A DNA stretch of 64,000 nt from Nitrospira sp. (lineage in GTDB: Bacteria > Nitrospirota > Nitrospiria > Nitrospirales > Nitrospiraceae): positions 2,336,001-2,400,000 of the forward strand of contig AP038806.1 of NCBI GenBank assembly GCA_047150005.1, given 5' to 3'. Positions 47,497-57,826 of the stretch are shown in pieces. The notes under the pieces are model-generated. The model had not been told where the DNA came from. It did no database searches and saw nothing but the letters and a program-made list of their open reading frames with translations. Both the position numbers and the translations under genes were made by a program. Position 1 is the first letter of the stretch. Each line of letters opens with the position of its first letter.

Positions 47497-50400
47497 ATGA
47501 GCGAGTTCGAACAAGTTCGTCAACAACTGAATCAGGCGCGTGACAGGCACGCCGAAGCTCGAGAAGAGCGCGCCGCCGCGGGCCGGCGCTTGCAGCGCTT
47601 GGACGCGCAAATCGCGCAGCTCGAGCGCCAGGCCGGGGACCAGAATTCCAACGCCGTGCGGCAACTGGGTCAATTGCGCGGAGGTCGCGCGAACGCCGCC
47701 AATGCACTCAAGGACGCCGAAACGAAGTTCGCCGGTGCGCGCGAATCACTGGATCGGTTTGCAAATGACTTCTTCGCCTTCAGCGATCCGACGCACTTCG
47801 TGGAACGTCTTGACGACGGCGTCCCCTTGCTGATGTTCCCGGTACGGATTGAGACGCGGTTCGTGCGATCCGAACTCTGGGTCCGTATCTATCCCGACGA
47901 CTGCTTGATCGACACGTTCGAGACGGCGCTCTCGGGCACCGAGGTGAGAGCAGCGAGACGGTATTACATCGAATCCTGGAAAGCCGGCGGGATCGATGAT
48001 CAGGAGCGAGCCGCCTGGCGGGGTTTGGTGGGGAGTGTAGGGTCCGGCCGAGCAGCATGGATTCTGCAACAGTTCGCACCGCTCAATCCTGCCGATAAGC
48101 CCGCGAAAGCGCGACCGGAAGCCATCGTATTGGTGATCGCCGCCGACCAACCGTTACCGTTGCCGCAGAATGTGATTGTCGACTACTGGCGCGCAGTCTG
48201 GCAGGCCCGAGGCGATGCGGCGCTGTTGGATACCGCGTTCCAGAACCTGGCCGGTGCGCCGGGAAGCTCTGTGGCCTTGGCGGAACAGATCGTTCGCGAT
48301 TTCGTGCCGGACAACATCCGAGCGTGGACCACGTCGGCGGAAACGACTCCGGACGTCGCGCTGTTGCGGTTTGCGCCGTTGTCCGAGCTCGACACGAAGA
48401 ACTTGTCCTGGACCGAGCCTCCCAAAGTGTATCTGTTTCCGGACCGCTTTATCTTCATCGGTCAAAACAGCGGACAGCCGGCATTGCAGATGCCGTTCAA
48501 TCCCGTCGTGCTTCCGCTGACCACGGGACCTGATCCTACAGAAGCCCAGCAATTCGTGGAGGACGCGGGCGATCTGCACATCGGCGAGGACATTCGCTGG
48601 ATGACGGATTTCGCAGCCGCGGAGGCCAAGGGTCTTGGCCTGAAGGTGCCTCTCAACTCCGCCCAAGCCGCCAGCGGATTCGAGAGAGTGTTCGTCGTCG
48701 GCATCCGCCTGAGTGCGGATGCAGAACGAAACGCCGCAGATTTGCAGGACCTGTTCACACATCATCTGTATAGCCGGAGCGGCTTCGCGATCGTGCCGCA
48801 AGGAACGCCGACAAACAATACGGAGGAAGCGACCTCGCCCTTCAACCGCACCGACGATCCTGACGACAGCTACGACGTGTTCGTGAAGAGCGCGACGCAG
48901 TTCACTTCGAGCACCGACCCCCTGCGTAAAGCCGACGGCCAGTGGTTGGCCGAGTGGCTGGGACTCGATCCGGCGGTTTTCCAACAAGTCCCCAACGCAG
49001 GACAGAAGGATCAGCTCGAGGCGCGCGCCATGAATACGGCGCTATGGCCCGCCACCTGGGGCTATTATTTCGAGCGCCTGCTGCATCCCGTGCTGGACGA
49101 TGCCGCGATACGGCAGACGCGAGCATTCTTCCTTAAATACGTCTCCGGCCGTGGGCCGGTGCCCGCGGTACGAATCGGCCGCCAACCGTATGGGATTCTC
49201 CCGATTTCACCGTTCCGCCATCTGGGTTGGGTCAAGCAGTTGGCGGGACGCAAGGACGCCGACTCGGTGTATATCATGCGGTTGTATGAGCTGCTGCTGA
49301 AGCTCGACACGATCTGGCGGGGCTTGGCGGACAAGGTCAAGCAAATCGGCACGCCGGGCGATCCCGATCCGCAGGACACGCTGCTCAACGTCTTGGGTTT
49401 GCATCCGCTGTGCGAAGAGGTCCACGCCGTGCTCGGCGAGCCGTACAACGTGAGCTACAACACTGTGGTTCTCGGTTTGAATGGTGCCCCGGATACGTTG
49501 AAACAAACGCCCGACGCAGCGGGAGGCCGGCTCCTGCGCGATCTCGGTTATCAGGGCATTGGCATTCCGGAAATCTTATCGCGCAATTACTTCGGCCGCC
49601 CGTTTCAACTGCACGACATCCTGGTCGATGATCGCCCTGCATCGGAAACAGCTCTGGTGCGTGATTACACGCCCGCACCCGCTCCGCTCAATTACGTAGA
49701 ATGGCTGCTGAAGAAGGGGCGCGATTCGGTGGACGATATTCGCCGGGAGGTCGGGTTCACCGACGGGAACACACCGAACGCCCTCCTGTATCTGTTTCTG
49801 CGGCAGGCGTTGCTGCTGGCGTTCGAACGTGCATCGCGACACGTCAAACGACCGTTCGTCAGCGCCGACCTCTTCGCCAGCTGGAAGGCGCCACAGACGT
49901 TCATCCACGTCGCCGCGTCGGTCAATGACCAAGCGGTCACGTCCGAAAGTCCCTGGGCTCATCTGTATTTGGATTTTCCACAGGTCACAGGCCGGGCGAA
50001 CTACTCGCTCGCCCAGTACCTCGTGGACTCCATCGATACGCTCAGCGAGGCGGACGAACTGCGCGACCTCTTGACCGCACTTGAGCGGCTGGTCAAGACG
50101 CCCACCGCCGCGTTGGAACGGCTGCTGCGCGAACATTTCGACTTGTGCCATTACCGGCTCGACGCCTGGAAGACGGGGCTGAACCATTTGCAATTGTCGT
50201 TCATGCGAATGTCCAACCGCGCCGACAACGCCGGCTCGCGCCGCGGCATTCACATCGGAGCGTACGGTTGGCTGGAGGGCGTGAAGCCTCAACCCAGGAG
50301 GATGACGCCGGTCCGGCTGGAAGGCGCGCTCGACCAGGTGTTCAACACAGCACCCGGGCAGCCTCAATTGATGCGCGACAGCAGCAACGGTGGGTTCGTT

Positions 50401-52977
50401 CACGCGCCTTCGCTGAATCACGCCGTCACGGCTGCCGTACTTCGCAACGGGTATCGGGCCACCGCCACTCCTTCAAATCCGGACATCCTGTCGATCAACT
50501 TGTCTTCGGAACGCGTGCGCAGGTCCCTGGGATTAATCGACGGCATTCGCAACGGGCAGAAGCTTGGCGCCTTGCTCGGTTATCATCTGGAGCGGCGATT
50601 ACACGACGATGGCGTTGGATTAGATAAGTTCATCCTCGATCTGCGGAATGAATTCTCACTCAACGCCCAGAAGCTGAAGTCGACGCAAACGCCGAACACC
50701 CCGGTCGAATTCATTGAGGCGAACAACGTGGTGGACGGACTCGCGCTGATGAACTTCCTGGACAAGAATCAAAGCGATCCGGATCCGCTTGCCACGATTC
50801 TTCCCGGAGCGACGCCGGCGGAACGGACGCGCGTTGTGTCGTTCGCACGCGAGTTGTTCGACTTGGCGGACGGAGTGGCGGACGTGGCCGTGGCGGAGAG
50901 CGTGCACCAAGTGGTGATGGGCAACGCTGACCGAGCCGCGGCGACCATGAACGCATACGCGGGCGCGGACCTTGCGCCGGACCCCGAAGTGGTCCGCACG
51001 CCGCGCAGCGGATACACCCTGACCCATCGCGTCGCCATTCACCTGCGCTCCGGCGCGACCGCGACCCCTGGTGACAATCCGCGCAAGCAAGGCGAACCGG
51101 GCTTAAACGATTGGCTGGCAGATCACCTGCCTGCGCCTGACGACTTGGGCGTCGTCGTGCGTTACTCCGACCCGGCCGGAAACCCCGTCCGAGTCTTCGT
51201 CACACAGGCCGATCTGGGGCTCGATCCACTGGACCTGTTGTTCATTGTGAACGAGGCCGCGACTCAGACAGCCACGGCGCTCGAGGATCTGGTCCTGAGG
51301 TTTGTGACCGCACGGCCCGACGTACGCCCGCACACGCGCATCACACTCGCATTCACGGAGCCGGAGGCGGAGAAGATCACGTTGTTCGAGGCGACGCCGT
51401 TGTTGACCAGCTTGCGGGCACTCGTGCTGCGTTCGCGTCCGCTCCAGGCGACGGACGTGCAGCTGCCGGGGGAAGCCACCCTGTCCGACAGCGGGACGAT
51501 CCGCTTGGATTCGAGCCGGATTGACGCCCTGACACTGGCGCTGACCGCACTGCGAACACAAGCGACCACATTCCTCACGGCGGTTGAACCCGATGCAACC
51601 GGCGACATGCTTACGAATCTCGACGCACACCTGACGCAATTCGGCGGGCTATCGGCGACGTGCAATCTGTTCGGCGTGCCGCACGCCGGTTTCGCCATGA
51701 CGTGGCAGGACCGGGGTGACATTTATGCCGCGCTGATGAAGAAACTGAACACCTTGACGAAAGACTGGTCCGATCGCCTGGCTGCTTCCCGCGTGATCAC
51801 GACCGCACTGGCTGTTCCCGCCGCCGCGGATGCGCCGCAGTTTCGGGAAGCCGCGGTTCTGGTTTCGACCGCAGCCCTGCCGCTTGATCTCGCACCGGCG
51901 GCCATGTTGGCCGAAGTGGTGAACCGGCAAAACCTGTTCGAAGCACAGCTCACCGTTCTGCGAAACATCATCGCGGCGCAGCCCGGCACGCTGTTCGGGT
52001 TGCACCAGCAGATCGTGGCACAATTGCCGTTGACTGATTTCGATCCGGCGGAGTTCAGCCTGACGGATCACACCGGAGCCATGCAAACCATGCTGGACCA
52101 GTTCGTCACACGCACGCAAGCGATCGTCGCCGACGCCACGCGTCGCCTGGATGCGGCGGCGGCTGCCGTTGCCGCGTACAATACAACGGCCGACCCTTCC
52201 GAGAAAGTCAAACTGCTCGGCGAGGCTGGAAGAGCTCTCTTAGGCGACGATTTCCGTATGATTCCGAGCTTCACAACCACCACTGCCGCGGGATCGGAAT
52301 GGAAGAACGCGTTGGATGCCTCGAACAGTCTTCTCGCATACATCTCCACACGTCCGGAGAATCCCCTGCCGCTGCCGGTGGACGAATGGCTGCACGGTGT
52401 GGCGCGCGTGCGGGAGAAGATGTTTCACTTCGAAAACACTGTGGTACTCAGCGGAGCGTTCGGGCTGACCGAACCGACATTGAGACCGCTGCAGTTGCCT
52501 TTCCGCGCTGGTGAAAATTGGCTGGCTCTCGAATTCGATCCTGCAAACGAGGCCAACACGCTCGAGACGGAACGCTTGCTGTACACCGCCCACTACAGCG
52601 AGGTGTTTCACCCCGGCAACTTGCAATCCGGTCTGTTGGTGGACGAATGGACGGAAGTGATCCCGCAACAGGAGGAGGTCACAGGCCTGGCCTTCCACTT
52701 TGACCGACCCAACGCAGAGCCCCCACAAGTCTGGTTGTTGGCGACGCCGGCCGCCTTTACCGGATCTTGGCAGTGGAACGATATCGTGGCGTCCCTCAAT
52801 GAGGCTCTCGATGCGGCGCGCACACGTGCCGTGGAGCCTGAGGCGCTCGGCCAGCAGTTCGCCGCTCTGCTTCCCGCTGTCCTGACTGAAACATCGTGGT
52901 CGCCGATGACGATTTCCGCCGATATCCTGGCTCGTGCGGCCCGCACGTTCACGACAGTCACCATGAATAGGTTGTGA
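47497..52977 (+). CDS. Very large unknown protein (1826 aa), N-terminal coiled coil, largely helical
   Basis: Long ORF; blocks PVRIETRF, PQGTPTNN, RIGRQPYGILP, YRLDAW, HAPSLNHAVTAAVLR, LLGYHLER, DEWTEVIP. Confidence 0.9.
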   Translation: MSEFEQVRQQLNQARDRHAEAREERAAAGRRLQRLDAQIAQLERQAGDQNSNAVRQLGQLRGGRANAANALKDAETKFAGARESLDRFANDFFAFSDPTHFVERLDDGVPLLMFPVRIETRFVRSELWVRIYPDDCLIDTFETALSGTEVRAARRYYIESWKAGGIDDQERAAWRGLVGSVGSGRAAWILQQFAPLNPADKPAKARPEAIVLVIAADQPLPLPQNVIVDYWRAVWQARGDAALLDTAFQNLAGAPGSSVALAEQIVRDFVPDNIRAWTTSAETTPDVALLRFAPLSELDTKNLSWTEPPKVYLFPDRFIFIGQNSGQPALQMPFNPVVLPLTTGPDPTEAQQFVEDAGDLHIGEDIRWMTDFAAAEAKGLGLKVPLNSAQAASGFERVFVVGIRLSADAERNAADLQDLFTHHLYSRSGFAIVPQGTPTNNTEEATSPFNRTDDPDDSYDVFVKSATQFTSSTDPLRKADGQWLAEWLGLDPAVFQQVPNAGQKDQLEARAMNTALWPATWGYYFERLLHPVLDDAAIRQTRAFFLKYVSGRGPVPAVRIGRQPYGILPISPFRHLGWVKQLAGRKDADSVYIMRLYELLLKLDTIWRGLADKVKQIGTPGDPDPQDTLLNVLGLHPLCEEVHAVLGEPYNVSYNTVVLGLNGAPDTLKQTPDAAGGRLLRDLGYQGIGIPEILSRNYFGRPFQLHDILVDDRPASETALVRDYTPAPAPLNYVEWLLKKGRDSVDDIRREVGFTDGNTPNALLYLFLRQALLLAFERASRHVKRPFVSADLFASWKAPQTFIHVAASVNDQAVTSESPWAHLYLDFPQVTGRANYSLAQYLVDSIDTLSEADELRDLLTALERLVKTPTAALERLLREHFDLCHYRLDAWKTGLNHLQLSFMRMSNRADNAGSRRGIHIGAYGWLEGVKPQPRRMTPVRLEGALDQVFNTAPGQPQLMRDSSNGGFVHAPSLNHAVTAAVLRNGYRATATPSNPDILSINLSSERVRRSLGLIDGIRNGQKLGALLGYHLERRLHDDGVGLDKFILDLRNEFSLNAQKLKSTQTPNTPVEFIEANNVVDGLALMNFLDKNQSDPDPLATILPGATPAERTRVVSFARELFDLADGVADVAVAESVHQVVMGNADRAAATMNAYAGADLAPDPEVVRTPRSGYTLTHRVAIHLRSGATATPGDNPRKQGEPGLNDWLADHLPAPDDLGVVVRYSDPAGNPVRVFVTQADLGLDPLDLLFIVNEAATQTATALEDLVLRFVTARPDVRPHTRITLAFTEPEAEKITLFEATPLLTSLRALVLRSRPLQATDVQLPGEATLSDSGTIRLDSSRIDALTLALTALRTQATTFLTAVEPDATGDMLTNLDAHLTQFGGLSATCNLFGVPHAGFAMTWQDRGDIYAALMKKLNTLTKDWSDRLAASRVITTALAVPAAADAPQFREAAVLVSTAALPLDLAPAAMLAEVVNRQNLFEAQLTVLRNIIAAQPGTLFGLHQQIVAQLPLTDFDPAEFSLTDHTGAMQTMLDQFVTRTQAIVADATRRLDAAAAAVAAYNTTADPSEKVKLLGEAGRALLGDDFRMIPSFTTTTAAGSEWKNALDASNSLLAYISTRPENPLPLPVDEWLHGVARVREKMFHFENTVVLSGAFGLTEPTLRPLQLPFRAGENWLALEFDPANEANTLETERLLYTAHYSEVFHPGNLQSGLLVDEWTEVIPQQEEVTGLAFHFDRPNAEPPQVWLLATPAAFTGSWQWNDIVASLNEALDAARTRAVEPEALGQQFAALLPAVLTETSWSPMTISADILARAARTFTTVTMNRL

Positions 52978-52981
52978 CGTT

Positions 52982-54859
52982 ATGCCGTTGATCAAGGCAC
53001 TCTCCACGACTGCAGTGACCGATATGAAGGCCGCGGTGCTGGCTCGCGCCAACCCGTCGATCGTGACTTGGGAACGCACCGAAGGCCGCCCGCGCAATCG
53101 CACGAGCTTCGATCGCGCGTTGCGCGCCGAGATTCATGACGCCCTATGGATGCTCAGCCGGCAATGGCAGATGGGCGAGTTCAAGGGTGAAGACGCCGGG
53201 TCTCCCGCGCTGGCGAAAATTCATCTGGAATCGGCGCGTCCCCACAAATACAAACCTGACGGTCACGCAGTGGAGCCGTTCGACGAGACCATCCCGCTGG
53301 AGACGCAGGTAGAGCAGCTGCCGATCGCGTTTCGTCAGGGAGATCAGAAAGTCGCGCTGGATCTGCGGCTGGTGATGGGGCGCTACTGGTTGAAACTACT
53401 CGCCGCAGCCGGTGTCGGCGCGGGCGTGCGGGCCGACTTCCTGACCCGCTTCCCTATCGCACGGCCCAATCCCGACGCGGCCGCGGACGCGGCCGTATGC
53501 GCGCACCGCGAAGCGTGGCAACAATTCGCCGCAGTGTCCGGCGGCCGGGCGTTGGACGGCTACGAATTCTATAGCTTTCTTCAGGAGAGCAACTTCGCAC
53601 CGAATTGGACATCGATCACCGCGGGACCCGCCGCGCCGTTGAACACGGCGATGACTGCATTTAGAGCCTGGTACGAGCGGCAGTTCTATCAGCCGGAAGA
53701 TCCGCAACAGAAGGCTTGGCGCTCCGACTATCTCGAATACCAGTTCGCGTGCGCCGCACCGAAGTCCGACGGAGAAGAAGTGCTGGTAGCCGACGAGTAC
53801 TATCACGGCCACTTGGACTGGTACAACTTCGACTTCGATAAGTCTCAACGCACTCTGGGTGAACCGGCGGAAACTCCGCCGGCCGTGGTGACGTTCACCC
53901 GGACCTTTTGGCCGACCAACATCATTTTTAATGGCATGCCGCTGACCCGCTGGTGGGCCTTTGAAGATGGAAAAACCAATTTTGGCGCCATCAAACCCGG
54001 TACGACCGACCTGGCGAAGTTGTTGGTCATGGAATTCGGGTTGGCATACGCCAACGACTGGTTTTTGACCCCCTTCCGATTGCCTGCGGGAAGTCTGTCG
54101 CGCGTCAAGGGGTTGGCCGTCACGAACGTGTTCGGTGAACGGTTTTGGATCGACCCCGCAGGACAGGGGCTCGATGACCAATGGTCGACCTGGCGAATGT
54201 TTTCACTCAACGTAAAGGGAAACGAGCCTGCGGCAGCTGATCTCGCGCTCCTCCTGCCTGCGAGTACGGCGAAGATACAGGACGGCCCCGCACGTGAAGA
54301 AGTGGCGGTCATGCGTGACGAGATGGCGAATATGGTGTGGGGTATTGAGAAGACGATCACGCTTCCCCACGGGCGCCCCAAGCCCGGTTTCGAAGCGGCG
54401 TCTGAGACTCGAAATGTGTTCGAACGGCTGGCGGCAGTCAGCCCGACTCCCGAACCCGAGTATCGGGCCAACATTCGCTACTCGGTGATGAATTACGTAC
54501 CGGAGAATTGGATTCCATTCATTCCCGTGCATGACCCAGGCAGCAATCGGGAGATTCGTTTGCAACGCGCCGCGATGCTGCGTTTTCTCAAGGGCGATGA
54601 CCACCAGGCGCGTATCCGTCCGCGCACCGAACTCCTGCGGGAAGGGCTGGACGCCAAGCCGAAGCGGACTCCCTATTTCATCCACGAGGAAGAAGTGCCT
54701 CGGGCTGGTATCCTCGTGACGCAATCGTTTCAGAGGACGCGGTGGTACGGCGGACGCGCGTTCCAGTGGCTGGGAGTCCGCAAGACGACGGGTCGAGGGG
54801 AAGGCAGCAGCGGGCTGGCATTCGACCAGATTATCGACGTTCCTGAGAAGCCGAAGTGA
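52982..54859 (+). CDS. Unknown protein (625 aa), last gene of the operon
   Basis: Blocks DALWMLSRQWQMGEFKGEDAGSP, GMPLTRWWAFED, RDEMANMVWGIE, PENWIPF, EEEVPRAG, GRGEGSSGLAFD. Confidence 0.88.
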   Translation: MPLIKALSTTAVTDMKAAVLARANPSIVTWERTEGRPRNRTSFDRALRAEIHDALWMLSRQWQMGEFKGEDAGSPALAKIHLESARPHKYKPDGHAVEPFDETIPLETQVEQLPIAFRQGDQKVALDLRLVMGRYWLKLLAAAGVGAGVRADFLTRFPIARPNPDAAADAAVCAHREAWQQFAAVSGGRALDGYEFYSFLQESNFAPNWTSITAGPAAPLNTAMTAFRAWYERQFYQPEDPQQKAWRSDYLEYQFACAAPKSDGEEVLVADEYYHGHLDWYNFDFDKSQRTLGEPAETPPAVVTFTRTFWPTNIIFNGMPLTRWWAFEDGKTNFGAIKPGTTDLAKLLVMEFGLAYANDWFLTPFRLPAGSLSRVKGLAVTNVFGERFWIDPAGQGLDDQWSTWRMFSLNVKGNEPAAADLALLLPASTAKIQDGPAREEVAVMRDEMANMVWGIEKTITLPHGRPKPGFEAASETRNVFERLAAVSPTPEPEYRANIRYSVMNYVPENWIPFIPVHDPGSNREIRLQRAAMLRFLKGDDHQARIRPRTELLREGLDAKPKRTPYFIHEEEVPRAGILVTQSFQRTRWYGGRAFQWLGVRKTTGRGEGSSGLAFDQIIDVPEKPK

Positions 54860-55258
54860 ACATGACTCATATCCAGGACGAGAGGGCCGACCCGCCCGTC
54901 ATAAATACATTTTTTGGTTGCAAAACCTCGTGTGATTGATATGATGTCCGATATTGACGGTCATCTAGACTGTATCGGGTGTTGTGATCTCCCCGCCTAT
55001 CCGGAAGGAGAAGACCGTCATCATGTTCTGGATTCGGACCTGAGTCGCAGGAACGAGCTCCAATCGCCATGCCGGATCAAAGGCTTCATCGCTACCTCTG
55101 CAGTCCTTCCCAATCCGATCCTCCCGTCAGCGCGTCATTCAACTGAATCTTACTTGGGTCTCGGTTTCAGTTGCGTGCCGGTTTGAGTCACGGGTGACAC
55201 CGTGACAGGGCATAGAGAGATGGAGCCATCCATCGCCCTTACAGGCAAGGAGGACATC

Positions 55259-55774
55259 ATGGGATTCCTGACAAGGATGCCGCTTTCGCGGAACAAAGGA
55301 GCCAAGCTTCACAGGCTGGAAATAGCCATCGCTCCACCGCATGAACGGGTTTCACGCATCGTCGCCGACCTCATGTGCGCGAGGGAGCAGGATGGACCGA
55401 CCGAAAAGACACGTGCACTGGAGGAGTTCTTAGATCTATGCGAATCGGATGAGGGAGTGCGCAGGGTCATGGAGCGCGAGCATCTGTCGCGAGTCGATTT
55501 GAGAGGGATTGCGGTCTACTTGATGGTACGGGGGCTGGCGGAGTGGGTCAAGGGCCACTGCGTGGCATTGTCCACCATCGCCCACGTTGAACCGCTCCTC
55601 TACTTTATTCTGGCGGAGAGACATGGCGTCGACCAACAGCACATGTTCGCTCATCTCCTGCAATATTGGGAGGGAAAGATTTCCTCGCGTGAGTTACTGG
55701 ATCACCTGCCGGCCGCTTCGTCACCTGATGCGACGGCTTCAGAGCTTCCCCATGCTGCACTACATGTGTGCTAA
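55259..55774 (+). CDS. Hypothetical helical protein
   Basis: AAGGAGG RBS before ATG 55259; 171 aa. Confidence 0.65.
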   Translation: MGFLTRMPLSRNKGAKLHRLEIAIAPPHERVSRIVADLMCAREQDGPTEKTRALEEFLDLCESDEGVRRVMEREHLSRVDLRGIAVYLMVRGLAEWVKGHCVALSTIAHVEPLLYFILAERHGVDQQHMFAHLLQYWEGKISSRELLDHLPAASSPDATASELPHAALHVC

Positions 55775-55904
55775 GAGGTTGCGCGGTCGTCATAAACAAA
55801 CGGAAGCAGTCGAACCAATGGAAACGCAGAAACGTCAACAATGACAAGGATAACCGGGGCGACCGCTTGTATCACCAAGCATGAGTAAATTCATAGAGGT
55901 CGCA

Positions 55905-55949
55905 TTCGTAAACCACAGGTCGCTGGTTCGGTTCCGGCCGTCGGCTCCA
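55905..55949 (+). repeat. att-like copy 2 of the tRNA-Thr 3' end (diverged)
   Basis: 36/45 identical to 28210-28254; T-stem still pairs; ends in CTCCA. Confidence 0.85.
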
Positions 55950-56053
55950 AACCACACCTCGTGCGTTCCGGCGGCTATTCGGGCGCAGACTTCCTCATTG
56001 AGCCGCTGGATAGATACATTAGTGAGGTCCTCTTTCTAGCGCCCAACCGATAA

Positions 56054-56088
56054 CAGGTTGCTCCGTTCAATCCGGTTCGCGAGCTGCA
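56054..56088 (+). repeat. att-like copy 3 of the tRNA-Thr 3' end (degenerate)
   Basis: CAGGTTGCTCCGTTCAATCCGGTTCGCGAGCTGCA vs CAGGTCGCCCGTTCAATCCGGGTCGCCGGCTCCA, 29/35 with one gap. Confidence 0.7.
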
Positions 56089-56953
56089 TCCTAGTAGCCC
56101 TAGTGCCATCCATCATCGCCTCAATCCACACAAAGAATCCAAAACCATCCAGATTGTATTAGTTTGGATGCCACAGCCACGGCCCTCCAGGAGGTAATTC
56201 CGCTTTTCTGGATCCTCACGCTCTGGAATTCCAGGCAAATTACTTATCTCGATTCTCACGATTGCTCGTTGTCCGTCTGGTGACATCTGGCATAAGCGTT
56301 GCGCTTGACCCTTCGCATGGACCGGCAACTGCACCAAAGGATGGATCACATGGAAATGGTGATAATTGGCTTATGTGCCCTGACGGTTGTAATTGTCCTT
56401 GTAGCCATGGCAGCGATCTGGGACGGATAAAGGAAGTACTGCCTCATCCGGTGCTCCTAGGACCGCATCGAGAAGGATTGAGCGGGACCGATACGTTGAG
56501 GGCAATCTTGATTGTGGCGCTTGCCTGGAAGACGGCATGCTATCGCCTAACAACAGCTTTCAGTTCTTAGCGCAGACACCGTAGAAATCACAATTGGACT
56601 TGCTGCAACAGTACAGACGCTGAGTGGGCGTAATATGGCCACATCACAATTCAGGTTCGTAGGATGATTGGCACTTAAGGCGAATGTTCTATCTGGAGGG
56701 TGTGGCAAACGTATTGTCCGATCAGTTCATCTTTCGTCATGCGAATAGAAGTATCGTCGATATGCAAACGTTGTGAAGCAATCTGGATGAAGCGATTCCC
56801 TTCACGTCGTGCAAGACAGTGGACATACGCTCCATAGGGTTGGGTGATCGTGCCACACTCATTGTCCGTACGACGAAACGACCCGCTACGCCATAGGCAC
56901 GAAGCTATGGCGAACGCATGGATTCATTCCCTGGACGAGCTTGGCCGGATATG

Positions 56954-57799
56954 CTAACGACTTCGTCGAACCGCGAGGATTGCGCACGTGAGGTGGTGTC
57001 GATCCGGCGTCACCGCCCACAGCCATGGATTCAACAGGCGGACATCGCAGACGGCGTCGCGAAGGGTTGGGTCCTTTTCAAGCACTGCGACGATGCGGTA
57101 CGGGTTCGTGCCAGTGAAGAAGTTCCGCGCCGCCACGAGCTTTCCCATTTCAGACTCCAGATCCGTTTCGGTCGTGTGGAGCAGTTGCGGGGCCGTTGTC
57201 GACGACACGATATCGGTGACCAATACACATCTCCCGCCGGGTCGGGTCAGTCTGACGAGATCGCAGAGGTGTTTGTCTCGGAGGGCCAGGGAGACGCGAG
57301 GCACCTCATCAGGCGCAAACCCGGCGTCTACAATCGCCTGCAACATCTGTGTCAGGACACCGAGCGATACCGTCACGTCAAATGGGCTGCCGGGAAGGTC
57401 GGTCTGGTGGATCGCCAGAGCGGAAATCACCTGGTCGGCGTCAGCCACCCCCGTCTGCACCTCTTCGAGCTGCTCGAGTACGCCGGTGAGATCCGTCGAT
57501 GGCATCACGCGGCAGGCGTCTCTCACCCGTGCGTCGGTACGAGTCAGCGCGGCCGTCACAGTACGGTCATCGATGTCCGCAAGAATGATCTCGCGATACT
57601 GCTCGGCAAGCTCGGGCAGCACAACGTCGTGCAGATGACCTGCTCCCAGGATGCACAACCGGCACAGGTCCGGCGGCAGCTGCCGGAGGATGGCCATCAC
57701 GTGAGATCGATGCGACGCCCATCGCGCCCACGCATCGGCCGCCTGCCGGTTGCTCTCGCTGACCCGCTCGATGAGCTGCGACCTCTTCACAACCGTCAC
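56954..57799 (-). CDS. Putative class I SAM-dependent methyltransferase-like protein
   Basis: LCILGAGHLHD motif I-like, IILADID motif II-like, FDVTVS, LTRPGGRCVLV. Confidence 0.7.
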   Translation of the reverse strand: MTVVKRSQLIERVSESNRQAADAWARWASHRSHVMAILRQLPPDLCRLCILGAGHLHDVVLPELAEQYREIILADIDDRTVTAALTRTDARVRDACRVMPSTDLTGVLEQLEEVQTGVADADQVISALAIHQTDLPGSPFDVTVSLGVLTQMLQAIVDAGFAPDEVPRVSLALRDKHLCDLVRLTRPGGRCVLVTDIVSSTTAPQLLHTTETDLESEMGKLVAARNFFTGTNPYRIVAVLEKDPTLRDAVCDVRLLNPWLWAVTPDRHHLTCAILAVRRSR

Positions 57800-57826
57800 A
57801 ACGATACCACGAAAGGAGTGTAGCCA

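Larger units (their letters stand above)
32439..55949. mobile_element. Module 2, ~23.5-kb probable genomic island
   Basis: Flanked by ungapped imperfect direct repeats 32394-32506 and 55905-56017 (tRNA 3' end plus hairpin); accessory content; no integrase seen. Confidence 0.7.

Noticed and set aside
36600..54859. Interpretation as eCIS, T6SS, prophage, Tc/RHS toxin or a known defence system
   Set aside because: I found no sheath, tube, baseplate, VgrG, terminase, YD-repeat, nuclease or NTPase motifs; a remote structural relationship cannot be excluded without searches
56089..56950. Small ORFs in the AT-richer stretch after att copy 3
   Set aside because: Short, mutually overlapping, without RBS or motif support; probably decayed sequence
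56918..57823. 301-aa plus-strand ORF
   Set aside because: Antisense to the methyltransferase-like ORF, with Arg/His-rich shadow composition
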